Virus record (IMG/VR): IMGVR_UViG_3300031787_000010
Coordinates: 73,429-137,428 of that record
DNA from: a virus
Taxonomy: Duplodnaviria > Heunggongvirae > Uroviricota > Caudoviricetes
Direction: 5' to 3' (one strand)
Length of the DNA stretch: 64,000 bases
In this document: positions 36,421 to 45,722 of the stretch, in pieces
Layout: each line of letters opens with the position of its first letter
Position numbering within the stretch: position 1 is the stretch's first letter
Notes under the pieces: model-generated
What the model was told of the DNA's origin: nothing
Database searches by the model: none
Seen by the model: only the letters and a program-made list of their open reading frames with translations
Program-made: the position numbers and the translations under genes

Positions 36421-37598
36421 CGTCCGACATCTCCTAGATAAGTTTCTTTTGCCTCATCCCACGACAGATTAATCAAATTATTATAATACAAAATCTCTGG
36501 CTTGATACGTCCCTGCTCATAGAGATTAAGATACCGCTGAATGGCCTTCGGCCTCCACCAATCTAACACAGCGTCCACATCCTTTTCAAGTTTCTTCAGC
36601 GGTACCAATTGTTCCTCTGTAATCTCTCCCTTCAAGAACTCCCGTGTATTCTCATACAACGGAGCATAATACACTCCACGTTCAAATCCATGCTTATACT
36701 TGGACTGACTTATTCCCACAGCCTTAAAGATGATAGAAAGGATTTGCTGTTTAATTCCAGTAACAGGGCCGTGAGCCGTATCTTTCGAACGAATCTTTTT
36801 ATCGTATTCATCTGCCATATTCTCCTTAATCCACTGGTGCCATTCATCGTATACATCATCATCGGGTTTGATAGCGATTGCTCCCTTACTCAAACCCATC
36901 TCCTTCCAGAACGGAATACGTTGGTACATACTGTGACCACCATACAAAGACGTTGTGGTGAGTCCCGCCAGTTTATTATTGTACAGTTTTTCCCATACAT
37001 CAGCAACAACTTTTGTAGTCAACATTGATGCAACAAGCTTCCCACCCAAGAAGTTATATCCGAATGGCTGGGTTGCCATAATACACGTGCCAATAGCAGA
37101 GTTATTCAACTTTCCCTTCAGCTTGGTGTCCTTGTCCCAACCAATCCAGCTGTCACGGCACGTAATCGCAATAACATCACTACCCAACGAGACAGCACCA
37201 AGATACTTTCCAGTAGGTTCATCATAAACAAGAAACTTCAAGAAACGACCGGGGTTCTGGTCGAACTCCATTGTATGTGAAAACACTCGAAGCATCAACC
37301 AATCTACTTCATCATTGCTCTTGGGTACAACGTAACGAATCCGTGGCTGAAGAGCGTTGATTTCAGCCACGGTCTGTTCTTTATTCATAATGTCGGTGGG
37401 CGTCCAGATTTTTGCTTTCACAATTCTGGACGGGTCCACCTTATTCGCATAATATCCTTTGACTTCCTTCCACTTCTTGTAGAGCGTCTGTTCCTGCACG
37501 GGCATGGTTTTAAGCATGTCCATATTATCAACGAAGCGTTTCTTCGCATCGTCAATAGAAATTTCTGGTACATCAAAGAATTCAGCGAATTTAGTCAT
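36417..37598 (-). CDS. hypothetical protein (393 aa)
   Basis: Start placed at ATG (MTKFAEF); the ORF track used an upstream TTG. Confidence 0.5.
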   Translation of the reverse strand: MTKFAEFFDVPEISIDDAKKRFVDNMDMLKTMPVQEQTLYKKWKEVKGYYANKVDPSRIVKAKIWTPTDIMNKEQTVAEINALQPRIRYVVPKSNDEVDWLMLRVFSHTMEFDQNPGRFLKFLVYDEPTGKYLGAVSLGSDVIAITCRDSWIGWDKDTKLKGKLNNSAIGTCIMATQPFGYNFLGGKLVASMLTTKVVADVWEKLYNNKLAGLTTTSLYGGHSMYQRIPFWKEMGLSKGAIAIKPDDDVYDEWHQWIKENMADEYDKKIRSKDTAHGPVTGIKQQILSIIFKAVGISQSKYKHGFERGVYYAPLYENTREFLKGEITEEQLVPLKKLEKDVDAVLDWWRPKAIQRYLNLYEQGRIKPEILYYNNLINLSWDEAKETYLGDVGR

Positions 37599-37709
37599 TA
37601 TTATTTCCAAAAAGTTTTTTAAGAAGTTTGTGCATACCCATCACGAACAATCCAAATCCAAACACGAACAATCCCCAATACTGGTCGATGTCATTCTGTT
37701 CGGTTGTCA

Positions 37710-38435
37710 TTATTCCTTCGTATCAATCTGTACGAGATAATAGGTAGACTTGATATTGTCTACGTTGAACGAGGTACGAGCCAATCCCTTTGAAGATATT
37801 TCCAGCTTACCACCCTTCGCGTCCTTATTGGCAACGAGGATTTCACGGAGATACTTGGCGGAGAACGAAGTGGGCTTCAGTTCCGTAGCTTCAGTCGTCT
37901 TAGCCTTGAGCTTCACACGATTGGTATTAAGCGACGAGAACCCAAGAACAACGTTTGCCGTTTCATCCTCACCCTCACTCATTACAGCGAATGTATCAAC
38001 ATCGGCAAGAGCACCCTTAGCCTTAACGAACGTGTTGATAAACTGTTCATCCATCTCAATTGTCATCTCAAATGGCGGAAGCTTCTTTAGATCGGGAACA
38101 GCTGGAATTACGGTAGCGTCAGCGAGAACAAACGTGACTTCCGTATTCGTATCATCAAACGTCATACCAACAGCCTTATCACCAGACTTCTTTACGTTCA
38201 CAGAAAGCGTCTCACCAAGAACCCCAAGGAGTGAACGGAGCTTGGCGGTTTCATAGACGGCATAGTTACCATCCTTCAATCCCATCGACGGGGCAATTAC
38301 TTCACAGAGTACATTCTTGTCATCGGAAATAGCACGTGTCGTGATAGAAGAGTTCTCTACGTTATAAAGAACACTCTCACACGAACCACCCAGATTATAT
38401 TTTCCAATGAACTTTTCAAACTTTGACTTTTCCAT
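37710..38435 (-). CDS. probable sliding clamp (gp45-like)
   Basis: 241 aa, acidic, with gp45-like length and N-terminal pattern. Located in the replication module near the clamp loader. Confidence 0.5.
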   Translation of the reverse strand: MEKSKFEKFIGKYNLGGSCESVLYNVENSSITTRAISDDKNVLCEVIAPSMGLKDGNYAVYETAKLRSLLGVLGETLSVNVKKSGDKAVGMTFDDTNTEVTFVLADATVIPAVPDLKKLPPFEMTIEMDEQFINTFVKAKGALADVDTFAVMSEGEDETANVVLGFSSLNTNRVKLKAKTTEATELKPTSFSAKYLREILVANKDAKGGKLEISSKGLARTSFNVDNIKSTYYLVQIDTKE

Positions 38436-38456
38436 AACCTTTAACCTCTTGATTGT

Positions 38457-38819
38457 TTAATATTGTTTATCTTCGTACCAAATACGAGCGAGCCTACCTT
38501 CGGTGAACCTAGCGGTATAATCTCTCCAAACACGGTTCTCTGTAATAGGTTTACTTGTATAAAATATAATATCGCCGTGGAAGTCTGTCAAGTACTCTCT
38601 TGTAAGTGAACCTTCTATTTTTCTAATATATCCTTTTAAGAAATGCTCTGGTTCTTCCACCCACTCGTATTGCCATCTCTCTCTGTATAAATGACCTTTA
38701 ACAGTTATAATATATTTATCCATTAAGTTTTCAAATGATTTTGTTTGAAACTCTTCGTCAGGAATACCTGCGTATCCAGGTATTTTTTGTTGTACTTCAA
38801 GATAGTCAAACATTCCCAT
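38457..38819 (-). CDS. hypothetical protein (120 aa)
   Basis: ORF in operon context. Confidence 0.4.
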   Translation of the reverse strand: MGMFDYLEVQQKIPGYAGIPDEEFQTKSFENLMDKYIITVKGHLYRERWQYEWVEEPEHFLKGYIRKIEGSLTREYLTDFHGDIIFYTSKPITENRVWRDYTARFTEGRLARIWYEDKQY

Positions 38820-38822
38820 AAC

Positions 38823-39695
38823 TTATTCTCCAGAAATTGCTCTTCCTTTTAATTGTTCCCAATCACGTTCTGGTCTATCTACTAAAACATTACGACCCCA
38901 TACCGCACGTAGTAGTGGTGTAGGTGTGTTGTTGTTTTTAGCATAGGAAATTAATGCGGATAAATCTTTGGGAAAACAGGTTCCACCAAATCCTTTATGT
39001 CCATCTGGACCAGGCACCTTCCAGTGCGTTTTTCCTAACCTACTATCTTCAACTAACAACCGTTCTATTTCCTTCCATTCAACACCAGCATTATTTGCGA
39101 TATCTGACATCTCATTAGCAAATGAAACTTTTGTGGCTAGAAACAGATTGGCTGTGTATTTGAATAACTCTGCTGTTGTGGCAGAAACTACTTTTCCTAA
39201 TCGCAAGGTTTTAAGTACTTTGGATTGATTCTCCAATACCCACTGCGATGTCTCTTGGGAAGCCAACGAAGGTTTTCCTATTAACATAACTTCTTGATTT
39301 AGATAGTCGTCTAAATAGTTAGCCTCCGTGAGAAATTCTGGATTAAACAGAATGGTTTGATTATTATATAAGTTTTGTAGTCGTTCTGTTGTACCAGGAG
39401 GAACTGTGGATTTTATGACGATTATTTTTTTATCTTCCGTCATACATAAATCGTGAACAACACTTTCTACTATTCTTGTATCACACTCACCAGTTTCTAA
39501 CATAGGCGTTGGTACAGCGACATATATAACATTTGCTGTATTTAAGAATTCCTCAAATGATTGACACGATGGATTTTTAGATTGATCTATGTCAAATGTA
39601 TGAACGTTATATCCAGCAAGTTTGTACGCATTCAATACGGCACTACCAACATATCCCAATCCCACAACTCCTATTTCAACTTTAGACGGTATCAT
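38823..39695 (-). CDS. UDP-glucose/GDP-mannose dehydrogenase-family protein (short)
   Basis: N-terminal GVVGLGYVGSAV and the catalytic Cys motif GGTCFPKD; only 290 aa. Confidence 0.65.
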   Translation of the reverse strand: MIPSKVEIGVVGLGYVGSAVLNAYKLAGYNVHTFDIDQSKNPSCQSFEEFLNTANVIYVAVPTPMLETGECDTRIVESVVHDLCMTEDKKIIVIKSTVPPGTTERLQNLYNNQTILFNPEFLTEANYLDDYLNQEVMLIGKPSLASQETSQWVLENQSKVLKTLRLGKVVSATTAELFKYTANLFLATKVSFANEMSDIANNAGVEWKEIERLLVEDSRLGKTHWKVPGPDGHKGFGGTCFPKDLSALISYAKNNNTPTPLLRAVWGRNVLVDRPERDWEQLKGRAISGE

Positions 39696-39698
39696 ATA

Positions 39699-40604
39699 TC
39701 AAAACTCAAAGAACTTTTCAGCGTTCTCATTTATAGGGTTTAACGTACAATGTTCAGGTACAACATATTCTCCTTCTTTTCTAAAAACCAACACATATTC
39801 GTGAACTTTACTGGTGTATCGTTTTGCCGCAACCTTTCCGGCTTGAAGTGCGGCAAACGGAGAATTGTTTTTGATAATTACAATATCGTGAAACAGTAGT
39901 CCAGCGTCTTTTGTAAATGTATTAATAGTATCTGAATGGAATGGATAGAATTTGTTCTTCCCACTCCAATCTCTGAAGTCAGCACAGACCCACACACAAA
40001 ACGCACCGGGTTTTAGAACACGTGCAATATTCTTTCCACATACAGTAATCATCTGCATGAACTCATCATAAGACTCTGTACTGGAAAGTTGTGCATCTAC
40101 ATCCTCATACTTTTCAATGTTCCAGTATGGAGGACAAGTCATCACTAAATCAACAGTAGCGTCAGCCGTGTGTTTCAATTGTGTCCCATCGTCAAGATGT
40201 AAACTTGCCGACAATCCAATTTCTTTCATATGCTCCGTTACACGTTTATGGGTACTAGGAGAAATTTCGTACCCTTCATATGTACGGTTTAATGTAGTAG
40301 AAACTACGGCACGTGTGGCACGTCCCATAAATGGGTCAACGATATGTGAGCCGGGTAGGCTCCAGTATTTAACAATGTTTTCGCATAGACCTGCGTGAAA
40401 TTCACTAAATCCCAATCCAGGCAAATATTCCGACGTATCACTTCTACGCTTTTCTTCATCAATTTGATCAATATATGCCACATCCCATTTTGCTTTACTT
40501 TCCCGCGTTGGTTCTATAATAGACAATGGTAGCCAACCAAATTGGTCCGCTACCTTTGCATCTTCATAAAATGGAAGTGTTTGTTTATATAACCGTTTAG
40601 TCAT
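39699..40604 (-). CDS. DNA amino-methyltransferase (N6-adenine or N4-cytosine)
   Basis: Motif I DPFMGRATR and motif IV TCPPYW. Confidence 0.7.
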   Translation of the reverse strand: MTKRLYKQTLPFYEDAKVADQFGWLPLSIIEPTRESKAKWDVAYIDQIDEEKRRSDTSEYLPGLGFSEFHAGLCENIVKYWSLPGSHIVDPFMGRATRAVVSTTLNRTYEGYEISPSTHKRVTEHMKEIGLSASLHLDDGTQLKHTADATVDLVMTCPPYWNIEKYEDVDAQLSSTESYDEFMQMITVCGKNIARVLKPGAFCVWVCADFRDWSGKNKFYPFHSDTINTFTKDAGLLFHDIVIIKNNSPFAALQAGKVAAKRYTSKVHEYVLVFRKEGEYVVPEHCTLNPINENAEKFFEF

Positions 40605-40617
40605 TTGTACCCCGTTA

Positions 40618-40878
40618 TTATGATTTAAAGTGAACCATTCTAGCTATACCGTTTTTAAAATTAGCGGTGAACAAATCGGTTCGCTCATCATAAAATGTAA
40701 TATCACCTGTAAAGTTTTTCAAGTGCTGATAACTTCCAGATATTTCTCTGTATAGTTCTCCACTACTCGACACAAAATAATGTCCTTCTTGTTTTGATTT
40801 TATCTTAAAAGCGTGTCCACATCCAACACCAGGCAAAGACATTTCCCATAGAATATTATCATCTAAGCCCATAAACAT
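40618..40878 (-). CDS. hypothetical protein (86 aa)
   Basis: ORF in operon context. Confidence 0.4.
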   Translation of the reverse strand: MFMGLDDNILWEMSLPGVGCGHAFKIKSKQEGHYFVSSSGELYREISGSYQHLKNFTGDITFYDERTDLFTANFKNGIARMVHFKS

Positions 40879-40910
40879 TATCAGTTGGATGTGTATCTAT
40901 AAATATTATT

Positions 40911-41312
40911 TTAATCCCACAAATGTTCGTAATACTTTCCAAACAATCGAAATCCATTGGCAATACGTTCGTGATGTGCTTCACGATGTTCCCAATCAAC
41001 ATCATCTATTAATTTACTTTCAAACGCAAAAATCATTTCATCCATTATCCAATCCCACCGCTTGAAATGGTTATCGTCTGTATCCCATTCATTTTCGGTA
41101 GGTGGTGCTGCTGATGTACGAAGGTGTTCAGGAACATCTGCATCGTCTGTAAATGGAGCACCATGTTTGGTTTCTCTCAACTGTTTCAGCATAGGAGCAA
41201 CGATATAGGCCAACGTATGGTCCATGCTCCAAGTATCCCACGGATCAATCTTCACAGAAATCTTCCGTTCTTTTTTGCTATTCTTTGGATATCTGCCTAT
41301 GTAGACTTTCAT
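40911..41312 (-). CDS. hypothetical protein (133 aa)
   Basis: ORF in operon context. Confidence 0.4.
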   Translation of the reverse strand: MKVYIGRYPKNSKKERKISVKIDPWDTWSMDHTLAYIVAPMLKQLRETKHGAPFTDDADVPEHLRTSAAPPTENEWDTDDNHFKRWDWIMDEMIFAFESKLIDDVDWEHREAHHERIANGFRLFGKYYEHLWD

Positions 41313-41823
41313 TTCGTAACATCCTATTCAGAAGTTGATAATCAAAAAGCGGACCTGGGTCACGTTTACGTCCTAAAGGCGTTGCCACATCCGAATGCCC
41401 TATGATTGTTCTTGATGTACTATCGGGAAATCGTTCTTGTAACGATAGAATCAACCACGTTAAACTATTATACTGATTCAATGTATATGGCCCACTAATA
41501 CCGTTTTCCAAACATATCCCGATACTATATCGATTAATACGAAGCATTCCATTCCAATATGACAACCCAACGTGAGACGCCTCATATTTTGGATCTAATA
41601 GTTTGACAATCGTACCATTTGCTTGAATATAATAATGATAACTCAATCGACGTTTAATCAAAGTACGCCGTGCTGTATTATAACCAGCGGTCCCACCATC
41701 ATTGTGTAATACTATATAGTTAACCGTTGTATCTCGAATTGTCAAGTGCCGTATTGGTAGCGGCCTATTCAATACTGTAGGAACTGTTAGTTGAAAAAAT
41801 AAAAGTAGTGTGTATACAAACAT
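41278..41823 (-). CDS. N-acetylmuramoyl-L-alanine amidase endolysin (amidase_2/PGRP fold) with an N-terminal hydrophobic segment
   Basis: IVLHNDGGTAGYN...YHYYI...HSDV zinc-amidase pattern. N-terminal MFVYTLLLFFQLTVPTVL suggests signal/SAR-type export. Confidence 0.75.
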   Translation of the reverse strand: MFVYTLLLFFQLTVPTVLNRPLPIRHLTIRDTTVNYIVLHNDGGTAGYNTARRTLIKRRLSYHYYIQANGTIVKLLDPKYEASHVGLSYWNGMLRINRYSIGICLENGISGPYTLNQYNSLTWLILSLQERFPDSTSRTIIGHSDVATPLGRKRDPGPLFDYQLLNRMLRNESLHRQISKE

Positions 41824-41835
41824 ATCTTCTCCTAG

Positions 41836-41939
41836 TGGCGGCGGGAGATTCGAACTCCTATTCCTTGGCCTAGCGTAGTAAAGGATATAACAAGTAGCGA
41901 GCCCAATTTACTACCGTCGTCCCGACCGACTGCGCCGCC
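41836..41939 (-). tRNA. tRNA-like gene, atypically long (104 nt), CCA not encoded
   Basis: Minus strand GGCGGCG...CGCCGCC forms a 7-bp acceptor stem with discriminator A. A canonical T-arm GGAGTTCGAATCTCC and a D-arm GTCG-GTCGGGA-CGAC are present. The central part has an 8-bp stem GTAGTAAA/TTTACTAC enclosing a 24-nt loop, which is not a standard anticodon arm. Confidence 0.5.
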
Positions 41940-41947
41940 ATTTTTTA

Positions 41948-42226
41948 TTATTTTAGATCATCAATCATTCGCATGTGCGTTTCATACAATTTCTCTGTTC
42001 CTCTAAACTGTCCATTCTCGACCAGTTCGTTAAACAGGTTCATCGTATCATTGAACCTCTGATTATAAATAGATTTGATTCCAAACAACATATTCATAAT
42101 CTCATCTTGATGCTTTGCTGGGATCTCACTATCCGCAACATAACTAGCGATGGTATCCACATCATCGGTTACATGCCAACACTGCATAATCATCTCTTCA
42201 AATAAAAATCGGTCACGTTTCTGCAT
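41948..42226 (-). CDS. hypothetical protein
   Basis: Start set at the internal Met MQKRDRF to avoid a 95-nt overlap. Confidence 0.4.
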   Translation of the reverse strand: MQKRDRFLFEEMIMQCWHVTDDVDTIASYVADSEIPAKHQDEIMNMLFGIKSIYNQRFNDTMNLFNELVENGQFRGTEKLYETHMRMIDDLK

Positions 42227-42947
42227 GATACTTCTCCTTTGGTAAATAAACGGTACCACCACACTCTTCAATAAAAGTAACAAACTCATCAACACTTGCA
42301 CCAGCAAACAACGCCTTATCAGGATACTTCATCAACCACGGAGTCAACTTATTGTTAATCATTTCTACAGAGTATCGGCTATTTGGTCCCATATCACCAG
42401 GCGTTTCTGCTCCACAATAGTCATAAGCAACCTTATAGATTTCCCACTTCGGAGTACCATCTTCGTTCCAATCCCTCGGGTCTTTTTCCCTACGTCCATC
42501 TGAATAGTAGAAGATAGTCGGTTCGTATGGCGTTCCAGCATTGTGTTCATATGGAGCATCATTCCAATCATCACCCCATTGCTTGCTAAGCTCTTTAGTA
42601 GTGAAGTAGGCAAACCCGTGCCTATCAATCATACACAACTTGAAATTCTTGGTAGTAGTAACCATACAGTCACACAATGATGCAGTACCATAGTTTAACT
42701 TCCCACACTTCGGACAATCCCACTCTTGACGAGGGTTCATCCAATACGGTTGCCGTAGTGCAATAGATACATCTTCCTTCACCCGATTACATTCGGCCCG
42801 CACTTCATCATACGCCTGAATCAGTTCGTCAAGGTCATATGACGAAAAGTTCTCAAGCGGTCTACGGAGTTTAGTAATAATTTTATGTTCTTTCATAGTT
42901 TCTCCTCTAAAATGCATTACGCGCTTTACCGGTATCCAATAGGTCAT
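42213..42947 (-). CDS. hypothetical protein (244 aa)
   Basis: ORF in operon context. Confidence 0.45.
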   Translation of the reverse strand: MTYWIPVKRVMHFRGETMKEHKIITKLRRPLENFSSYDLDELIQAYDEVRAECNRVKEDVSIALRQPYWMNPRQEWDCPKCGKLNYGTASLCDCMVTTTKNFKLCMIDRHGFAYFTTKELSKQWGDDWNDAPYEHNAGTPYEPTIFYYSDGRREKDPRDWNEDGTPKWEIYKVAYDYCGAETPGDMGPNSRYSVEMINNKLTPWLMKYPDKALFAGASVDEFVTFIEECGGTVYLPKEKYHAET

Positions 42948-43416
42948 CTACACACGGTAAACAAAAGTCTCGACCATTCCACCATTGCCACAAGAACGTA
43001 ATCGTCATCTCTTTGCTGAAAGAGTACCCGATAACTTTAGTGTCTTTCGTTTGACACAATTCACAGGTTCCCTTTTTCAAATCCAGTTGGTGAATATACT
43101 GTTTTAGGCATGATGTACACAGCTGTTTACGAGACGTATTAATTGCGAAATCACTCCGTACATTTGCATACCCCATGTGATGTCCCGTGCGATATTTGTA
43201 ATACACAGGATATTCCACAGGGAGTTTACATTCACACGAACCACAACGGGGAGGAAAGACAAAGAGTTTAACCTTCTTCTTCCACGCTCTCCATTGATAT
43301 CCAGTAGGAATCCAGCGGGGAACTTTGAGATTAAGTGTTAATGTTCGTGTTTTCATTTTCCTTTCCCACCATAGATGGTTGACGTTTGTATGGTAACTCA
43401 AAGACGTAATGCCCAC
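42907..43416 (-). CDS. Cys-rich zinc-finger protein
   Basis: Multiple CxxC pairs. Confidence 0.4.
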   Translation of the reverse strand: MGITSLSYHTNVNHLWWERKMKTRTLTLNLKVPRWIPTGYQWRAWKKKVKLFVFPPRCGSCECKLPVEYPVYYKYRTGHHMGYANVRSDFAINTSRKQLCTSCLKQYIHQLDLKKGTCELCQTKDTKVIGYSFSKEMTITFLWQWWNGRDFCLPCVDDLLDTGKARNAF

Positions 43417-43711
43417 CCCGCTGAGACTGTACCCAAGTAAAAATCCAAATCATATGGTTCTCTTGCAACGCGGCAATCAAACTCTCATTCCCACTCCACC
43501 CACCTGTACTGAAGTCGTAGGTAATCTTTTCTCCGTCATCTGTCTGTGTCCACAACATATCATTCCACCGCCACATCTGACGAACGAATTCAAAACATTC
43601 ATCCGTATGACGCCAATCCCATTTGGCAATCATGTCAAGTGCATGTTCAGTAGGATACCCATCTTCGTCAAAGTATTCATCCATTTCATGAACAAAATTA
43701 TCTAGTTTCAT
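43331..43711 (-). CDS. hypothetical protein
   Basis: ORF in operon context. Confidence 0.4.
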   Translation of the reverse strand: MKLDNFVHEMDEYFDEDGYPTEHALDMIAKWDWRHTDECFEFVRQMWRWNDMLWTQTDDGEKITYDFSTGGWSGNESLIAALQENHMIWIFTWVQSQRGGHYVFELPYKRQPSMVGKENENTNINT

Positions 43712-43968
43712 AAATACTTTACCGCTCTCCGAATGTTATGAATGGTGCGAGTGTCATCGTTTCCCGCAACATTGAGTTCCTTTGCGGCTTTAATGAGTGG
43801 AGCAACATCAGCTTTCAAATTATCATACAACTCTTCAATCTGTTTGCGTTTACTACGTTCATCTGCCAACTCTTCTTTCACCTTATCATACGCTTCCCAC
43901 ACAAGAAGTTCAGTATAACACTTTTTACAGGCGTACCAAAGTTCGTCGTGATGACAAATGTTATTCAT
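43708..43968 (-). CDS. hypothetical protein
   Basis: ORF in operon context. Confidence 0.4.
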   Translation of the reverse strand: MNNICHHDELWYACKKCYTELLVWEAYDKVKEELADERSKRKQIEELYDNLKADVAPLIKAAKELNVAGNDDTRTIHNIRRAVKYL

Positions 43969-44392
43969 CTATTCGTTCCCATGCATACTGTGCGTTAAGT
44001 TTAAACATTCCAACGTATCCACCCCAAAAGGCAGACTGTGGTGGGACTAATGAAAAGAATCTAGTTCCATTGGGTTTCTCATAAAGATGATATGATTGAC
44101 CCATAATCGGTTTAAACCCAATCGATGCTTCATAACACATCTGATTGATGTCATAATCTGAAACTAGTTCTTGAAACTGACGTACTAACTCATTATATCG
44201 TTCGGTATAATAATGCTTAAACGTAGGACTTACATCAGCCTTCCACTTATCAATCTCTACTGGTTTCAGAGATGCTGGAGTGTTGGGTGTAGTTCCATAC
44301 GTTAAAGCATTAGGATTTTTATATTCATCTGTCACATCAGAATTCTCCTCGTTCACGCACCGACACGCCAACAGGGAAAATCGGAATTCCAT
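43961..44392 (-). CDS. hypothetical protein
   Basis: ORF in operon context. Confidence 0.4.
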   Translation of the reverse strand: MEFRFSLLACRCVNEENSDVTDEYKNPNALTYGTTPNTPASLKPVEIDKWKADVSPTFKHYYTERYNELVRQFQELVSDYDINQMCYEASIGFKPIMGQSYHLYEKPNGTRFFSLVPPQSAFWGGYVGMFKLNAQYAWERIDE

Positions 44393-45437
44393 CCTTGCTC
44401 AATTCAAAATAGCGAACGGTCAAGTATTTGCCGATAAGCTTCTTGCGGTTCTTATAAAGTTCACTACGATTTTCCTGCGAACCCTCTGGGCGGCAATTGA
44501 AACGAGCACCCGAATCAGTTTCCAGTTCAAAAATTGCGAGGCCGGAATCACTACCATCGCCGTCAACAACATCAACAATACGATACTCTGCATCTGTAAA
44601 ATCCTTAAGTTTAAGAAGTGAATAAGACCGCTTATTAATTTCATAATTCATACCAGGATCACGCACCATCGTACCCTCAAACCCATCGTGCACGAACAGA
44701 TTGTGTAAGTGCATCACCTGTGACTCATCATCTACCTTCACAGTCTTGACCCGAACCACATTCTCTGGCACATTCTGAAGTAGACTGTCTAGAATTTCCT
44801 TACGGGCACCATACGGAAGGTCTGGTTCCACAATGTCATAAACGTGATAGAGAAGTTTTGGAGACAAGTCTGGACGATACTTCTTGATAGCCTTCATGCT
44901 CTCTTGAAGGAGAACATTATCGGGCAACATCAATTCACCGTCCAAGACGTATCCCATCGTATCAAACTTCAAGTGTTCAATCACTTCGGGAATGACTTCC
45001 TTGTTTCCACGACTCCATCCATTCTCCCCGTCAAACAGCATCCGCATACCATTCAACTTGGGTTGGACGTAAACGGGAAAATCCATCTTACCCTTGTGGT
45101 CAGCGAACTTGTGGGCGAGCATCGGCATCGGACGAACGTTCTTCCGTTCACCCTTGGCACGAAATCCCTTGTCACGCTGCTTCTTAATAATAGCATCGAA
45201 CTCGAAGTCAGCCTGCTCCCGTGAGTTGCGCTCATTCGCACGACCAACGTTAGTAGGAGCTGCGAAATATGGATCAGAGAACTGGCGCTTTGTCTCACGA
45301 CCCGTCTTGCTAATTTGATACCATTCGGTTTGTGTATAATACTCATCACCGTCCCGAACGACATGGAGACGCCAGAACTTCTCACCACCATTCTTGTTTT
45401 CAGAAATCAGCCACTCACTAGATTTAACGTTGTTCAT
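44337..45437 (-). CDS. ATP-dependent DNA ligase
   Basis: Nucleotidyltransferase motifs: I KLNGMR (KxNG), III VLDGEL, IV EGTMVRD, V LLKLK. Confidence 0.7.
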   Translation of the reverse strand: MNNVKSSEWLISENKNGGEKFWRLHVVRDGDEYYTQTEWYQISKTGRETKRQFSDPYFAAPTNVGRANERNSREQADFEFDAIIKKQRDKGFRAKGERKNVRPMPMLAHKFADHKGKMDFPVYVQPKLNGMRMLFDGENGWSRGNKEVIPEVIEHLKFDTMGYVLDGELMLPDNVLLQESMKAIKKYRPDLSPKLLYHVYDIVEPDLPYGARKEILDSLLQNVPENVVRVKTVKVDDESQVMHLHNLFVHDGFEGTMVRDPGMNYEINKRSYSLLKLKDFTDAEYRIVDVVDGDGSDSGLAIFELETDSGARFNCRPEGSQENRSELYKNRKKLIGKYLTVRYFELSKDGIPIFPVGVSVRERGEF

Positions 45438-45645
45438 TGATAGTAAACCTCATAGTACAAAAGGATGTGGGATAATATGCGTTGTCGATACGATACGATT
45501 CTTTTAAATGCCACACATTAGCTCCGGTTACTATCGTATCCGTAAATGTTTCTTGGGGGAATCTACAAGTAACGACATATGTTTTTTCTGCATCTGGGTC
45601 TACACACGACACCAACAGTAACATTGATGTTAGTAACTTTTTCAT
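45424..45645 (-). CDS. small lipoprotein
   Basis: MKKLLTSMLLLVSC lipobox. Start set at the ATG at 45645, downstream of the promoter. Confidence 0.5.
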   Translation of the reverse strand: MKKLLTSMLLLVSCVDPDAEKTYVVTCRFPQETFTDTIVTGANVWHLKESYRIDNAYYPTSFCTMRFTINEQR

Positions 45646-45674
45646 GCATACTCCAAAGAATAGGGGATGAATGA

Positions 45675-45703
45675 AATATATCACTCATCCCCCAATTTGT
45701 CAA
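45675..45703 (-). promoter_or_regulatory. sigma70 consensus promoter TTGACA-N17-TATATT
   Basis: The -10 is bracketed by the 8-bp inverted repeat GGGGATGA/TCATCCCC (45663-45670 and 45685-45692). Confidence 0.5.
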
Positions 45704-45722
45704 GTGTATCTATTATAAAGTA

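Noticed and set aside
41836-41939. Interpretation as a standard 76-nt tRNA or as a group-I-intron-containing tRNA
   Set aside because: The acceptor stem only closes over 104 nt. The 24-nt insert is far too short for a group I intron, and no clean 5-bp anticodon stem with a 7-nt loop can be drawn. It is kept only as an atypical tRNA-like gene.
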